A DNA stretch of 62,815 bases, filler included, from Choristocarpus tenellus KU-1152 (lineage: Eukaryota; Protista; Phaeophyceae), in assembly GCA_964200185.2 (NCBI GenBank). It is 11 parts of 11 records of this genome, joined end to end, with 100 filler letters (N's around TTAATTAATTAA, not from the genome) between each part and the next. Parts side by side here need not be neighbours in the genome. Positions count along the whole stretch, not along the records: positions 1 to 15,599 come from CAXNAD020000967.1; 10 more parts are not named here. One strand, given 5' to 3'. Position 1 is the first letter of the stretch; every line of letters begins with the position of its first letter. Of the stretch, positions 1-14,600 are shown piece by piece. A program made the translations under genes and the position numbers. Below the pieces are notes generated by a model that saw only the letters and a list, made by a program, of their open reading frames with translations, had not been told where the DNA came from and did no database searches.

Positions 1-229
1 CCCCCCAGATACTTTCGCCCAAAGTGAACAGAGGATGCATAAAAGAGAAATCAGTCTGAAAAGAAAACTACTTTCAGCAGTGATGGAGCAATCTTGGCTG
101 CACCTTTTGGTATAGAGCACATTACTTATCACAGCTTCCTTGGAATGACATTTGGACAGGAAACCCGTTGTGCTGTTAGCCATGCATTCATATCACTCCT
201 GTTAGTTTGTAGCCCTCATGTTCTAACCC

Positions 230-1800
230 TTAACTCCAGTCCCAAAATTGTCAAGGTTGACTTGGAGGTATGTCCACCAATTCTTCTCCTATTTACCTTG
301 CTTCTGTTTTCCATCTACAAGGGCCCCAAAAATCAAAATCTCAGGAAGTTGCTCATCCCTCTTGTGAGGAGCTGACGCACCTAATACGGGGGGCCTTGAC
401 TTGCACACCATTGCCTCAACACTCTCATACTCAGTATAAGTGCATATTTGTAAGATGGTACATGTTTGGTGCATTCCCCTTTTCAGAATCCCGTGCAGCG
501 GAGGAGGAATTGGAAGTGATTGGAGCAGAGCTTCACATAACGAGTCTGGTGGAGTGTCCACATCATACAACCATAAAACAGAACTTCAAGTGCTTCAGCC
601 TCAAGAATTTGAATCTTGGGACCAAGTGAGACACCCGAGGCCCTGCCATCAAGCACTTGGTGGTATTTTCGAAAACTCCTCCAAGTTTTCTGAATCGCCT
701 AGTTGATCTCAGCAGTAGTAGTGCTATCATCACTGATAGTTCTCCCAACGTAAACAAACTTATCAGTCTGAATGTAGGACTGGTTCGGTGCCTGGACCTG
801 CATGGTTTCGGCATCCTGATGAAGAGGTTGAAGACACATAGTTTCCGTCTTTAAATGCAATAGAATCGGACCAAATGAGCTGGTCACCTTCACAAGGATT
901 GTCATCATCCTGGCCATACCTCCTTATTATGTCTTGGAGGCCATGCCCGCATCATCAGCATGAAGTATACAATATAAAATGTCACTCAAGTGTTGAACCA
1001 CTCTCTAGTGTTCCTCTCACCTGGTTGCTTGGGGTCACTCTCTGGATGACAATAAGACCCTTGGAGATAGCTGGGTCAGAGGTAAAAAAGTCCTCAACTG
1101 CCACACTTAGCACTGCAGTGAAGATGTTGAAGAGGATCAGAGGAAGAACACACCCTTTGTGAAAGCCCTGTTCAACCCCTGAACCAGTCTGTGCACTCGC
1201 TATCATCTATCCAAATACATGCCCTCATGCTATCGTGGACTTGGGGGATGATAGAAGTAATTCCAAATTTGACCCCACAACGCACAGGAGATCATGATCA
1301 ACAGAGTTACATGCTTTCTGTAGATCGATAAAACGTATGAATACGGGTACATTCTTTTGACAGCCAACGTCTTAGATGGCACATACAGTGTACATCATGT
1401 CTACTGTGAAGCGGCAGAGCGGAAACCACACTGTTCCACATGAAGGATGTTCTCCAATTCCAGGCAATCCCCCAACTGGCATGTAACAACTTTGAGGAGG
1501 AATTTGTGAACACGTACCACCAATGAGATGCCACAATGAGTGTGGTCCTTCTTCTTTCAGAGCACGGTGATGACTGCATCTTTCCAGATGTGTAGCACAA
1601 CTTCCTGGTTTCACTCAGCCAACACAATCTTATGGAAATTCTGGAGGGTAGGCCGTGTAGGTCAATCTTTAGGAGGTGAATTGGAAGATTCTTGGTACCC
1701 ACAGCTTTTCAATTTCTCAATGCCAAATGGTCCGCAAAGAATCTTCATCACCGCCATCCAGATCTTCCCGACCCCTTTTTGTGGTAGAAAGGTAACAGGT
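230..1800 (-). mobile_element. Degenerate non-LTR retrotransposon (RTE-like LINE), reverse transcriptase region
   Basis: Frameshifted RT motifs on the minus strand: 'GFHKGCVLPLILFNIF' (GLRQGCVLAPLLFNIF-like), 'DKFVYVGRTISDD' and an RTE-type C-terminal region. Many stops; boundaries approximate. Confidence 0.8.
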
Positions 1801-2490
1801 GTACCTCCCCAATGCGCATGTGATACGGTCCATCAAGTCAATTTTTCTCCAAAGAAAATCTGTCCTTAACGATATAAGAACAAATGCTTTCTGCTGGATG
1901 TTACATTTGCCGAAGTGCAGACAACCTCCCATCTGCCCCACTCACCCACCAGCAATGGTGTAGCTACTGCTGCAGCTGACCTACGCCAAATAGTCTCAGC
2001 AACAACGGAAGTTGCACTGTCTAGATGTGTCATGCGTTTTAAGCTAGAGTAACCAGGGAGATGGGCACGGAGGGGTTTGTTGGATTCTTGGGATGCCTCC
2101 CTAGCTCCTCACCCTGAGGTACAGGAATAGGTGGATTGGAGGCACAGGAAGGCAGGAAGATAGTAGTGAAACAATAAATATATTTGTGTTTCTCATTTTT
2201 TTGATACATTTTACTTCTTTAGGGTTTATAGTGACATGTTTTCGTTTGAACACATACGCAAAATGTCAAACACCATTTTAATATATATCAAAACAATCTA
2301 AAAAGTAATACCTCCAAGTGATTCTATGCCCAAAGGGATGCTCTGGGCGCCCAGAGTAGTAAGACATCATACCTAAACTGTGTCTCTAATCGATGAAGGC
2401 ATCACTAGTGTGCTGAGAGTAGGAAAGATTGGTGTTGGTTGTAGGTGCGAGGAGTGGAGTCTACAGAAGAATTGAGTGATTTAGACAGAA

Positions 2491-3795
2491 ATGGTGCGTT
2501 ATATCAACGCATTATGGCCTTTGCTTCTGCTCTACCAACCAAATCATTGACTGAAAGTATAATGTCTTGTGCTTCTCTTTACTAGAATTCCTCTCTTCCT
2601 TGCCCTCCTTAGGCCAACACTCTCCGACCATACCTCAACTCCATTCGGGGGACCTTGGATGCGGCCCTTTGTCTGCGAAATTTTCCCTCGCAAACTGTTG
2701 AAAGGCACAACAAACCGGAGATCGAAATCAGGCGAGATCCTAGTCACTCACACATTGAGGAGAAACTGCAATGTGAAACCTACGAGATAATTTCATTGAG
2801 TATTGACCATCCATAGTATGCCCGTGCGAGGTATGAAGAGTGCGGAAAAAGGGGGCATGGCCTACGTGAGTGTCCAGTGCGTCAGCACTTCACGTTTGCC
2901 ACTGCCCTCCCAACAATGTTGTTACCAGGTCCAGCAAGGAGTTGTTGCTGAATCCCGTGACGATATGCAGGAATGAACAGGAGCGTTGCCTGATCGAGAG
3001 TAGTGTCAACAGTGTTCGAGTTAGCATAGCTGTCAAGCAAGCCGATGAGATCGAGCACATCCTTTGCCACAAGTTCACTAACTTTCTGATGCAGCGAGCA
3101 GAGCAATTTGTGGTGATGCGTCGAAAACCAGCAGAGGTGAGGAGTCTCCCGTGTGTGCAGTATCATTGTTTTAGAGCCCCGGTGCTTGAGTGCTTATCAT
3201 ATAGGATCCATTTAATTGGGAAAACATGGGAGTGGCTCTAATTTGGTGGCTTCCTTCTGTTTGGGTAAGATAGATCGCACACGGTTCAATTTGCTCCCTT
3301 TGGTTGCGATTAAAAAAATCTTTGGAAGAATATCCAGGGAGAGTTGGAGAGTGGGAATAGCTCGCGTAGTGCATTGCAAAAAGGGATTATTATCAATTCT
3401 CAGTCCTGACACTCCACTTTCAAAGAGAATTTCTTGAGAATAGGAGATGTGCACCAATTGAAGGAATTTGTTCAGTGATACTTTCAGCATTTTTTTTCAT
3501 CATTCTTACGGTACTTTTTTTGCATTGTTGTTTACCTGAGGTAAGATCGTTTCCACCTGTTCGTTCTCCCATGCCTTTTTTTGTTTTTATGTTGTCCTTT
3601 GATCACAAACAGGGTTATGATATCAGCTTCCTGGTCACCCACACCCACTTAGAGAAAATGTGGAAGCACAAGCTAATTGATTTCATCATTCAATTCATGG
3701 AAGATATTGATAAGGAGATTAGCGGGATGAAGATTGCAATAAATGCACGAGGTCGGATTGTTGCCCAGGAGTTCATGAAGCAGTTTGTGCAGTGA
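2491..3795 (+). CDS. ARPC4: Actin-related protein 2/3 complex subunit 4 (complete, 4 exons, 170 aa)
   Basis: join(2491..2493,2613..2731,2929..3136,3613..3795) gives M|[39 protein letters not shown]|[19 protein letters not shown]...RRKPAE|[10 protein letters not shown]...QEFMKQFVQ*. Phases are consistent; intron 2 (2732-2928) is GC-AG. Confidence 0.97.
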
Positions 3796-4435
3796 TGTGT
3801 TTTGTTTTAATGTGGATGAATGTGTGTATATTTTCTCCAGTGAGTGGTGCTACTGTATGATCATGAATTTCTTGCACTAGGTAAAATATGTTGAAGGGAA
3901 CTAGTGATCTTTTCAGACAGTATTTGAATTCAATCGTATGTAGTGATGTTGCCATTCCTCTACCTGTTTGTGACATCCATTCTCATCTTTCCTTACATTA
4001 TCAACATTACACCATACCAGTCAAACCTGGCTCATCCTTTGTACTGGTCTCTTTATTATATGTTCTACTTATGTATGTATCTTATTATCATCTTGACAAT
4101 TCTCCTGCAACATCTGCAACACCATCCTACTCCCACATGTTCAAATATAGAGGATTGGCCCCTAGCTCTCTCTCCTTGTCAATGGGGCATCAACTCCCTA
4201 GTACACCAACTTAGACATACTCCCTAGTATGTCATTGCTTGTATACTTCTTGATAGGGTTCTTCTGTCCACATGCCACCTTGCTGCATTGGGCATGCAAG
4301 CTGCTCACATCTCCCCGTAGGTTAGGGCTTGCCTTCTCCCACTACTGTTGTGGTCTCAATCACCACTTGGTCAGTGTTCCCACTACATGATTTGTTTCCA
4401 CGATGTGGTCAGTGTTTCCATATAGTTCCGCTGTG

Positions 4436-4610
4436 TAAACTATGACTAGAAAATGAGGACTAAACTATGACTAGAAAATGAGGACTAAACTATGACTAGA
4501 AAATGAGGACTAAACTATGACGAGAAAATGAGGACTAAACTATGATGAGAAAATGAGGACTAAACTATGATGAGAAAATGAGGACTAAACTATGACGAGA
4601 AAATGAGGAC
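4436..4610. repeat. 25-bp minisatellite, 7 units (TAAACTATGA[CT/CG/TG]AGAAAATGAGGAC)
   Basis: Seven head-to-tail units with no spacers; variation is confined to positions 11-12. Confidence 0.95.
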
Positions 4611-5707
4611 TCACCGCAACTTCACAGGAAGTATGAATGAACTACATTGCATCTTCTTGATGACATGATGTACCACACTTGCCTCACACATGACCTCCGT
4701 AGACACCTCAAAACTATTGTAACACAAAGTAACATTGACTACATTTTCTCCTTGAATGAAAGTAGTTGTCTCTGTCATCCTCTCATATTGTGGTATTTAA
4801 AATTGATTGCAGTGTGCCTTTCAAATTTGTTTGAGGGAGCTGCATGCACTCATATCTGCAGTTCAATTCTAACACTCTGCCTTCAGACATAGCACTTGAC
4901 CTATCCAGTGGACTCTGTCTTGGCTGCTTTTACAATATTTCAGTTAGCACTCCTGGTCTCTTGTGAGTAGGGGATGGATGAAGAAGTTGCAGTGGAGAAC
5001 AATGATCGTAAGGCACAATAATCATAAGTCATAAGTCACAACTTACTCCAGTCTTCCATGCGTACTTTTTTAATTTGAAGGGATAGGAGGAAAGGATAGA
5101 GTCGGTTCTGCAAGTTGCATAGCCTTCCCAACAGTGTTAGAGGTGCATAAGCAGAAAAATCATTTCTAGCCATTGCAACAACACATGTTGTGCAAACCTA
5201 ACCCTGAAACCGTCAAGAGGAGGGAAATAGTCTACGTTGGATTTCACTAATCAACAAAATTCAACAGCTTTCCAACCATGCTGACCTACGCTGTTTACAG
5301 CTGTTCCTCAGCTTATTGAGGTGATGGTTGATTGTTGCGATCTAGTTGCTGGAAAGGTTCATTCATGATTACAGATGTGGACTTTCAGAGACTTGTCTTT
5401 AACAGATTTTGGTGTCTTTCGTTTATTGCTATTTTGAAGGGTCTCTCATAGAAAAACGCTCCTCAGACAAACCTATATCTGACCAAAGGAAGACACACTC
5501 CACAGAATTATAATGTGTGTTTGAGTTCCTGACCTCACCTTGGGTGTGGACTGCGTTCTATGTGTTACATTTTTTCACCTCCACTGTTTTGAACAAGGGA
5601 TGCTAAGCCTCCTTCAGTTCACAGAAGTAGAGACAGTGTTTGCTTTCTTGGGGTTGGGGTAGGATTTCTCTAATGTTGTTAACCGTAATGATGCAATCGA
5701 GTTGGTT

Positions 5708-5788
5708 TGATTAATTGAAGAATAATGGAGATAATACTACACTCTAGATTGATTAATTTAAGAATAATTGAGATAATACTACACTCTA
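5708..5788. repeat. Tandem duplication of about 40 bp (TTGATTAATT.AAGAATAAT.GAGATAATACTACACTCTA x2)
   Basis: Two near-identical adjacent copies seen directly. Confidence 0.85.
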
Positions 5789-7524
5789 AAACGTTCACTC
5801 AGCTGATCATCTTATTGCATTTATGCTACCTGTGCAGTCCACTTCAATCTTCCTTGCCATGGTCAGTGTTTTCTCATGACCACCTTGTCATGGTCGGTGT
5901 GTCACTTCATGGGCTATGCACATGTTTGGATTGAACTGAGTTAGTATAATTGTTCTGAGCTCATTAATAAAACACAATTCATTGGTGTTCACATAAATAG
6001 ATCTCTCCCCTTTCATCATGCTACCGCATAAAATGCACAAGACACGTGAAATGAGCCATAACATACACTTACATTTTGGGACACAACATACATTTTTGGA
6101 CTTGTGTATGATACATAGTCAGTGCATACATCCTTTTATCTTGCCCTCATTCTGTTGGTAATGTTTTTGTGCAAACATCTAGCCAATTGGGGCATACTGG
6201 TTGATAATGTGGTCAAGTGTGTATGTCCTGCATTTAGTGTGCATATTTTTGTATCTTGCATCCCAGAGTACGTAATTTTGATGAATAACATGCAACGCAT
6301 TGAACTGGTTTGGGAACCCACCCATATCTCTTGCTTTTGGACTATGCATTGATCCTGTTTCAAACAGCCGCCACTAGAAAAATGATTTTTTGAGGAATTC
6401 TTTAGTGAGAACAATTGCAGTTAAACTAAGAGTCCTTTCGCTATCATGTAGTGGGTTCAACAAATACTCTTGCAAGTGGTGCCTGGGTTCAAATCCCAGC
6501 TGCAAGGAAATTGACCTACCTCAAGAATCTGGTGTTGATTGTGTACATGGACCATGCTTCTTTGATTATCACTCATCAGTTTGTCATAAGCATGATGCAA
6601 TGATGCTGACATATTTTACAGAGATTGTCAAGGAGAAAGAAGCAACATACAAGATGCTCAGACTTCCAGTCAAAATCCAACATCAAAATTCAACACAAAA
6701 ATGAGACTATAAAGGGTACATAAGCCACAAAACAGAGATACTGAAATGTATCAAATGCAGAAAGAAATACAGGACTACATAAATGAAAATACAAAGCAAA
6801 AGGAAGACCTAAAATACAGAAATAAGAGCAATTTCAGCTACAATTGGTGTGTCAGTACCAAAATCCAATGTTGTCCCTCCAACCATTTAGTTTAAAAGGG
6901 TGAAACACATCAGTGAACAAAAATAAAATAGATAAAACAATTTGGTTAGACCATGACAGACAGACATCATCAGTGTCAAGGTGGAATGGCCTTAAATATT
7001 TCTTTGCATCATGCCATTTGCTGATCAAGTTGTTGACCCCTGTTGCAAGGAACTTTGAACCATCCGAGAATATACCTTTTTGGGGTTAGCTGGTTAGCTC
7101 AAAGCTGACCGATGGTGAAGGCAGAAGCCATGCTGTCATTCTGCTCCTAACCTTAAATTACCCTACATGGACCATGGTTCTCTTTGGTCAACCCAAAGTT
7201 GTCTGTGAGAGTAGGAATGGAATTTTTTTGTGGATGTCATGTTCTTGCATACAGAAACTGCTACAATGTGAAGTAGTCTGAAGAAGTGTATAGGTAAAGG
7301 AAGGAACCATGGATTCGACAGGGATTTTAGGGAATGAAGGCTGACTGGTGATGAGCTAGCCCATTCCACTGCACAAGGAGCAAGGCTTGAACTCAGGTTG
7401 CTGGAGGTACCTTAAGATCATGGTCAGGTTAGTCCATCTTGAGATGAAAAAAATCACAATAATATCAGAATAGTGAGAGGCAACGATTTTTGAAGATTCC
7501 TTCAATTTTGTTCTAAGTTATTCA

Positions 7525-7785
7525 GAGTGAATGTATCTTAGAGGGTACGAGTTTTTCCCTGTGTGTCCATTTGGGACTTGGCTTCCCACGGTTTAAAATG
7601 ACATTTTATCCACTCCAAAATGTTTCAGAGTATGTCAAGTGTATAGTAGTATGTTACGAAACGGTGTGTCTGGAACAAGGATACTGACATCTCCTAACAA
7701 ACACGATAGCATATACATTAACATTGCAACATTGGATTTTGACCCCCAAATGGATGCGGCTCTACCCTCTAAGATACTTTGAGTC
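7525..7785 (+). mobile_element. MITE family A (about 260 bp), TIR GAG.[C/G]AAAGTATCTTAGAGGGTA
   Basis: Terminal inverted repeats, flanked by TCA/TCA; homologous to six other copies in the window. Confidence 0.85.
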
Positions 7786-10700
7786 TCAATGTACAATAGA
7801 TTGCAGTAATATATGAATGATCCATACCGGATCTTCTAGGAGGACCTGGGGACATCTTTATATTTGACCACGGTTAAGTAAATAGTAAATCTGATGTATG
7901 GTCTTAGATTTTATTGGGGTTAGATTTTATTGGGGAAACAAGAGAATGATGAAGGTCATAAGAGGACTCAATGTGACTCACAATTTGTGACATTTTTTTA
8001 ATACAGCCGGTAAAATTTCCCCCTGGCTTGGATAATAATGGCTTGCTATCAATATATCAAACTGATTCTGACCATAATCAAGGTCAGGAAATGTGTATGT
8101 GGTGCTGGAGCCCCAATCGAACTTTGTGCTACAAGATGGGGATGGCCAAAAATTGATCTTCAACACTTGGCACCAGCAGTTTTTGAGAATGACTCAGTGA
8201 ATCAACCCCACCCTTAGATTGTGACTTCTCATCGCCCTATGAACCTGATCACAACTCTCAGAAACCTCGGGGGTGGAGTATGTGGAGCTCAAAATCTTGT
8301 CATTTCTCTAACCACTCCCAAAATCTTGTGGCTAAAGCTAACAGAAGGGGCTGGGTAACCTCTTTCTGCTGGTGAAGGATGGACCTATGAGGGAGGGGTT
8401 CTTTTCTTTTTTTTTCGCTGTAGTTATCTTTGGCTACCTCATCACGGTACCCATCTATAATCATTGCCATTTTATTGCTTGGCCTCTTAGGTCGGGTTTA
8501 AACAGGAGTTTGTTTTTGTGAAATGTGGAGATCAGATACGAGATATTTTGAAAAAATTGGAGAGGAAAGTACAACTTTACAAACTCAACATTTATCTTGT
8601 GCCTAATGTCTTCAAAAATGGAGACGACATTTTGTATATTGAGATGATTCAATACAATGAGACTTGAACTCGAACTTCCTTCTTCAGCTTTGAAGCAGGT
8701 TTGTGGATTGTGAGAGTTTTGTGACCTTTGTACTCTGAAAAGAATCATTATGAAATATACCTGCATTTGTCTTCTACCATCCTTTTTTCTCTTCATGTAA
8801 GTCCTCAAACGAATACAATTATGTGTACTCTCACTCTATATGTGTATCAACCAACCCCATTGGTGCTATCTCACTGAAATGGTAATAAAATACAACCATT
8901 TTTTTTCTTGATAAGATCAGTGATGATATTTATGTCACCAATCACAGGCACCCATTCCAATAAAATATAAACAATGAATAGTCCTTTTGTTTTTTCCCTT
9001 TCCTTTTCTCAGAATTCCTATCGCATCTCCTCATCTCACGAAAAAAAGCTCTGTTAACAAATGGCGATACCATTTGTGTAAGATATTACTCCGGAGTAGG
9101 AACTATTGCAAGATGCAAAGTATTGGATGTATGTAACAATAGTGATACTGGCTCCTTTCCCTTCTACCAGCAGTAGTTTGTGGATTGTCATACCATTCCC
9201 TGTACCTTCTACCTCTGTATAGATCAGGAATAAATAACGTATCGTTTTTTTCTGTTGTGAGAATAGTTCTACTATTGAAAGCGAAGATATCACACAGCTC
9301 ACTGTTGCGTGTCATAGGGCACAGCAACTACACTACCAACCTACCTACCTACCTACCAGGCCAACCAGGGACAGCGATTTGTTTGAGGGTTCTTATAGTA
9401 CCATATCTAGAAAGTGTGAGCAAAAAGACGACATCAGCCATCTCACCCTAAATATGTGATACTTGTGTGATTCAAAAAGCTCCACTCTACTCTGCAATAA
9501 TAATAAGAATTTCATTGGAACACTCTGAATAATTTTTAGTCTACCTTCTTGCAAACACAAGAAAAGAAGCAGAAGAAACTGCGACATCAAGAAAATTGTT
9601 GAACCCATCCTTATAGCTTAATGGTTCAAGGTCAGCATTCCTCAAAATGTGTTGACAGGTTGAAACCCAATTGTCATCAGGTTTTCTTTCAAGTCAAGGG
9701 ATATCTGTTTTCCATGGTTCAGTCCTACAGATTGTGCACAAGAAAACTAAAACAAGGTGGAAAGTCTTCAATGCAGAGCGATGCCAGGATGACAACTGCA
9801 CAAATTTGAGGGAGGAGGCGGAATGACAAGTGTTGGGATGGCTGAGCCTAATGTACGGTGAGAAGCATGGAACAATGCAATTGGGTGCTCTCCTATGGTG
9901 TAGGAAAATTGGTCACAAATACAGGTATACTGTGCAATCATTCTCGGGGTCTACATGACTGATTTTGCATTCTGATTTTTAATTCAGCATCAGGGAGCTA
10001 GAATGTACTTGTGGGTTGCAATATTTTATATATTTTTTGCTTGTTGTGATTTTGATGGATATAGAAAAATAGATCAAACTTCGAAGGGCAATAAGGAAAC
10101 ATTTATGTGTATTTTTTTAATGTTTTTGTTTGAAATTCGTTGTAACAAATACAGTGTTTTCTACTATAGTGAAGAAAAACCTTCTCGAAGACTTTGCTGA
10201 TGTTGAACCATTCCGCCCACACACCATCCATACAAACACATTCTCGCTTTCCGACATGAACTGGTTGGGGAAAGATTGTTCTGTCTGATGCACCAAACAC
10301 AAACATAATGAGTAAGACCCAAGGGAAGAACACAGTATCGATAGCTCTACTACAGGTTGATGAAGGGCATAATTTCCAAATAGTAAATGTATGTTAGAGA
10401 GTTATCCATTGCATTTTGTACAACAGGGGTTCTTGTCGTACCCCGTCACATACGTGAAATGTTAGTAGGTATAATAACATATATAATAATGGACATAAAT
10501 GGACTCTCAATTATGATGGAATAAGCAGCATTGGGAATCCTGTGAAATTTGTGGTACTTTTTATGTAGTACATATTGAAGTACTCGTAAAATTGAAATGT
10601 TGAACTGCTAGACAAATTCATTCCATTTTCCGTAAGACCTTTTATTTTTTAATCTAGCAACCTTTTTCCATTGTTCATCACTACACCTCTCACATATCTT

Positions 10701-11638
10701 CGTCGCTGTGGTTGAGAAGGCAACACGCCCTAGGGTTCAGACCATTTGTATCCGTGTCTTCATCACCTCAGCCTTGTCAAAATGGTCAGTGCATAGCGAG
10801 TTCTTTTCCTTGCCTTTGCTTTGGGCATTGTCTCTAGTCACCTTTGAACTACCTCCAACACTCTTCCTTACCTCTTTGTCATGTCACACTGCAGGCAACT
10901 CAAACTGTTGAGTTCAAGGTGGGGATGACATGCGAGGTGAGGTTAGGGCAATAAAATCGTTGCGTCTGACTGCGAAACCTTATATCTAGGCTCTGTATCA
11001 GATGTGGCAAGGGCCGTTGGTCTATACTCATTGTTATCCACAACTGAATGTAGGTTAGGGAGTGTTTCTGGTGTGCGATACAGTTGAAGCTCAGTCAGTC
11101 TACCAGATGTCCCAGCGACATGCTCTTCCCTACTGCCTTGTCTATAACTATCTCATCCCGAAGTATAGCTTGTTACGTGCTCATTATTCAATACAACGTG
11201 CATGTGCTATGCCCTCATTGTACACGCAGGGCTGTGCCAGTGCAACCAAAAGAATTCTGGGTAAGCTCGAAGGTGAGGCAACGGATTGCGTAGGAGCAAT
11301 AACGTCTTCCTTGAGTTGCGCGTGTTAATGTCGATGTAACTGGTTGTATCCGACCGAAGTCACTGCTTTTCTGGGAACAAGAATGTTTTCTTTGTGTGGG
11401 ACGTGTTGATGTGATGTATGCCAACCAACCCTATTCCTCGTAACATGAGCAGGTGTGTCAGAGGTGGATACAGATGTGGAAGCGAATTTCGTCAAAGTAA
11501 CCAGTAACGGAGTCACCAGTCCTCAGATAATGCTTGACGCTCTGCTAAAGTGGGGGGCAGCAAGCGGGAAAAGTGTTGAACTAGTAGCGCCCTGAAACCT
11601 TAAGGATTGGTTTTGTATGGCATACTTATAAAATAATA

Positions 11639-14600
11639 TTAAAATGGCGCTTCTGCAGTGGAGCTCGCATCTGGACCCATCCTTCCTAACATATCATCCG
11701 CATCTTCATCATCATCTGTAACAATCCAGTCATCACTAACGTCAATATCCAGTGAGTCACCCACATCATGTTCATCCTCAGCTGCCAGGCGGTTGTAGTC
11801 ATGAAAGGCAAACCTGATCAAGGTAACAGAGAGTTGTAAGTTTAAACTTGATTATTTTACAAATTTCCATTGTCATTTCCAAAAAGCGTCTAAAATTTGA
11901 GAGGTTTTTTGTGAGGTGATCATCAACCAATCCAGTAAAATAAAGTTTTCTTTTATTATCAAACTGGTGAACAGTGGGCAATGAAGTGAAGACATTTGCA
12001 GCTAGCTCATGGGTGCTACTTCGACATATGCCACTAACAATTTGGGGGAACATTCTCTGCTCTCAACTTAGCTGTAACACTATCTAGTATTGTACATCCA
12101 AATTTTGTTTATAGGTCACCTGTCCCAGTCAGTTTCAAATGGGTCGTTCCTTTTCTGCCTCTCTGCAAAAGGATCACGTTGCTCAAAACCAATGAACTTG
12201 TTCAGATTGAACAGTGCATCGAAAAAGACTCCACCAACTTTGAGGGCCTCAGGCTTCAGGAAGTCCTGTTATTTTTGAAGGTACACTGATTAGACAAAAA
12301 TATTGGACAAAATCACCAGAATAGAATCAATTTTGTCTCCACGGAGAAGCAAATCCAGAGAGTAACAATTTGGTTTGTTTTGTTGTCCAACACTATTGTT
12401 AGCATCTAGGTTGTAGCATGTAGAACATCATGCCTGGAGAGTGACGAAACTTCGATCACCAAGCTTCAGCATGTCCCACATTTGGCAGACAACATCCTCA
12501 TATGGAACCACCTCATGTCCAAGCGATTCCATCCTGTGAACCTGTATTTAACACTAGAGTCAGTGTAAGGATATGCTACAGAAACACAGATACCACTCAC
12601 CATGTGGACAGAATTCCTTGTGCAGTCACAAATGCAGAAAACACATCGGTCTATATTGAAAAAAGTATATTTGTCTATGAACAAGCACCTTAATCTCCAA
12701 ATAAAATATTGTAACTTCCTGAATAATATGTCAAGAGTACACGAATTCAAAAGCTTTTGATCTGCAGGGTACAGTGCTTTCACATTATACAAATGAGTAC
12801 ACCATATGATGTGCTTACTAAAACCAGGTGGAAACAATATTTGGACCATGTATGAAGTGCATTAGAGATCCAGTGTAGCAAGCCAACCTTGAGGCAAAGA
12901 GCATGCTTTGAGTGACCTCAAAGAGCACAAACCTACATACGATCTATCAAGTTATAGATGCCGTCATTCAAGCTTAAATTATTTCTGTGAAGAGATGATG
13001 CCACTCACATGGTGAAGGTTATTACATGATACTACAAATATTGTGATAGTTACGTAATAACGATCACCCCATGATGACAACAGCAACTAGAAAAAATTCC
13101 TGTACAGGATGGGTAAACTTACCCTCTGGAACACCCTGAAAAGTAACCTGGGTTCGGATGCATTAATGAAAGGACAAAGCATCCTTCACCAAGAATACCC
13201 ACTGTCGACATGCACTCTGATATACTGTGTAAAGAGGGGAAAACCAAATTTTGAAGGCGTGGTGCACACTCACCTGACTGTCATAAAATAGACGCATCTC
13301 CATGTGACCAATGCGTCCATCCCCATCCAGATCTACACACGTAAACCAGTAGCGGAGGCTGTGTACATTACCTCGATCTTCCTCACTCAGCATGAAATAC
13401 ACATAGTCCTCATAGGTCATGTAGGCACGAGGATCAGATCCATCCTCATTTCTTCGCCCTTGTGGGAATGGTCTCGGTCCAACAGACATGATTCTGAACA
13501 TAATATGAGATCATCCCCCAAAGTAGGGTTACAAAAGACAATTTCCTAGGTGTTCAGGGACCTAGTTCACACATAATGCTCAACATGGTCTTGCTCTAAA
13601 CTTTCTCCAATTCAACTTCTGATGTTGCGTTATCCTGTGACACATCTTTGTAAGTGTAGTCAACAACACGATAAAATATCTATTCAAGGTATCACAACAT
13701 TTTCCTGGTGTGGGAGAGAATCTTGGTACCCAACATACTACAGACCTGTCCACTATCAATTCGCTGAGTCCGTGCTCTCCATACTTCATCAAGTCTTCCC
13801 TGCTCAGACGTCCATCTCGGTCAGCGTCAAGCTCATAGAACCGACAGAACACCACATAGAAGTGCTCGTAGGAGAAGTATTCTGTAACCTGATGAAACCG
13901 ATTATCGACAGAAATATATTGTATTGAACAGGACTCCTAATATCAAGCAGCACTTCCTCAAACAGAACAATAAAGTTCCCTCCCTAATGATCACATCAAT
14001 ATGCCATAAGAGAGGTGCTCGAAGCTGTACACACCTTGTTGATGTCCTCCTCCTCATCCACTGTATTGAATACATCCACCAGGTTACTTCGTCGTAGCTC
14101 ACCTTGGCTTATGCGCCCACACCGACTATAGAGGGAATGAGGTAAGGCAGCCTATACTTGTTAAAAATTGGTGTAAAGGAGCACAAGGACCGCGTACTGA
14201 ACTCTTCAGGGACCATTCAGAACAAAGGTCAATGCGAAGCTGTGGGCATCATGATATCTCCCTCCAATATTGCAACCTACTAAATACACTAATAGGTCAA
14301 CTTCACGACCACTAAGAAAACTGTACAGTGCAAATACTAATACCTGTGACTGTACCAAGAACATAGAATAGAAGAATTCTCATTCCACACTTCTATGAGT
14401 GGATGAAGACACTCACCTTGTGTTAACAATATAGAATATCCTAGTGGTGACAGTTGTGGCATATTTAGGGTGGAAGTCTGGATGGGCCTCAAGAAACTCC
14501 AGTCCTGGGTGATACTGAAGCAACTCCTTCATGAAAGGTTGTAAGTCATCCTTAAGGGCAAGACAACATCCACAGTATCATGCAAGTGGAACACAGGCGT

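Noticed and set aside
4436-4610. CRISPR-like appearance of 25-bp repeats (also 59158-59273)
   Set aside because: The units are contiguous with no unique spacers, there are no cas genes, and the context is eukaryotic.
4860-11600. Many short ORFs between ARPC4 and PP2A B''
   Set aside because: None shows recognisable protein motifs; the region is likely intergenic DNA with old TE debris.
11799-12849. Apparent hAT-like motifs in ORFs 12466..12849 and 11799..12053
   Set aside because: The region is explained by PP2A B'' exons read in other frames, plus their introns.
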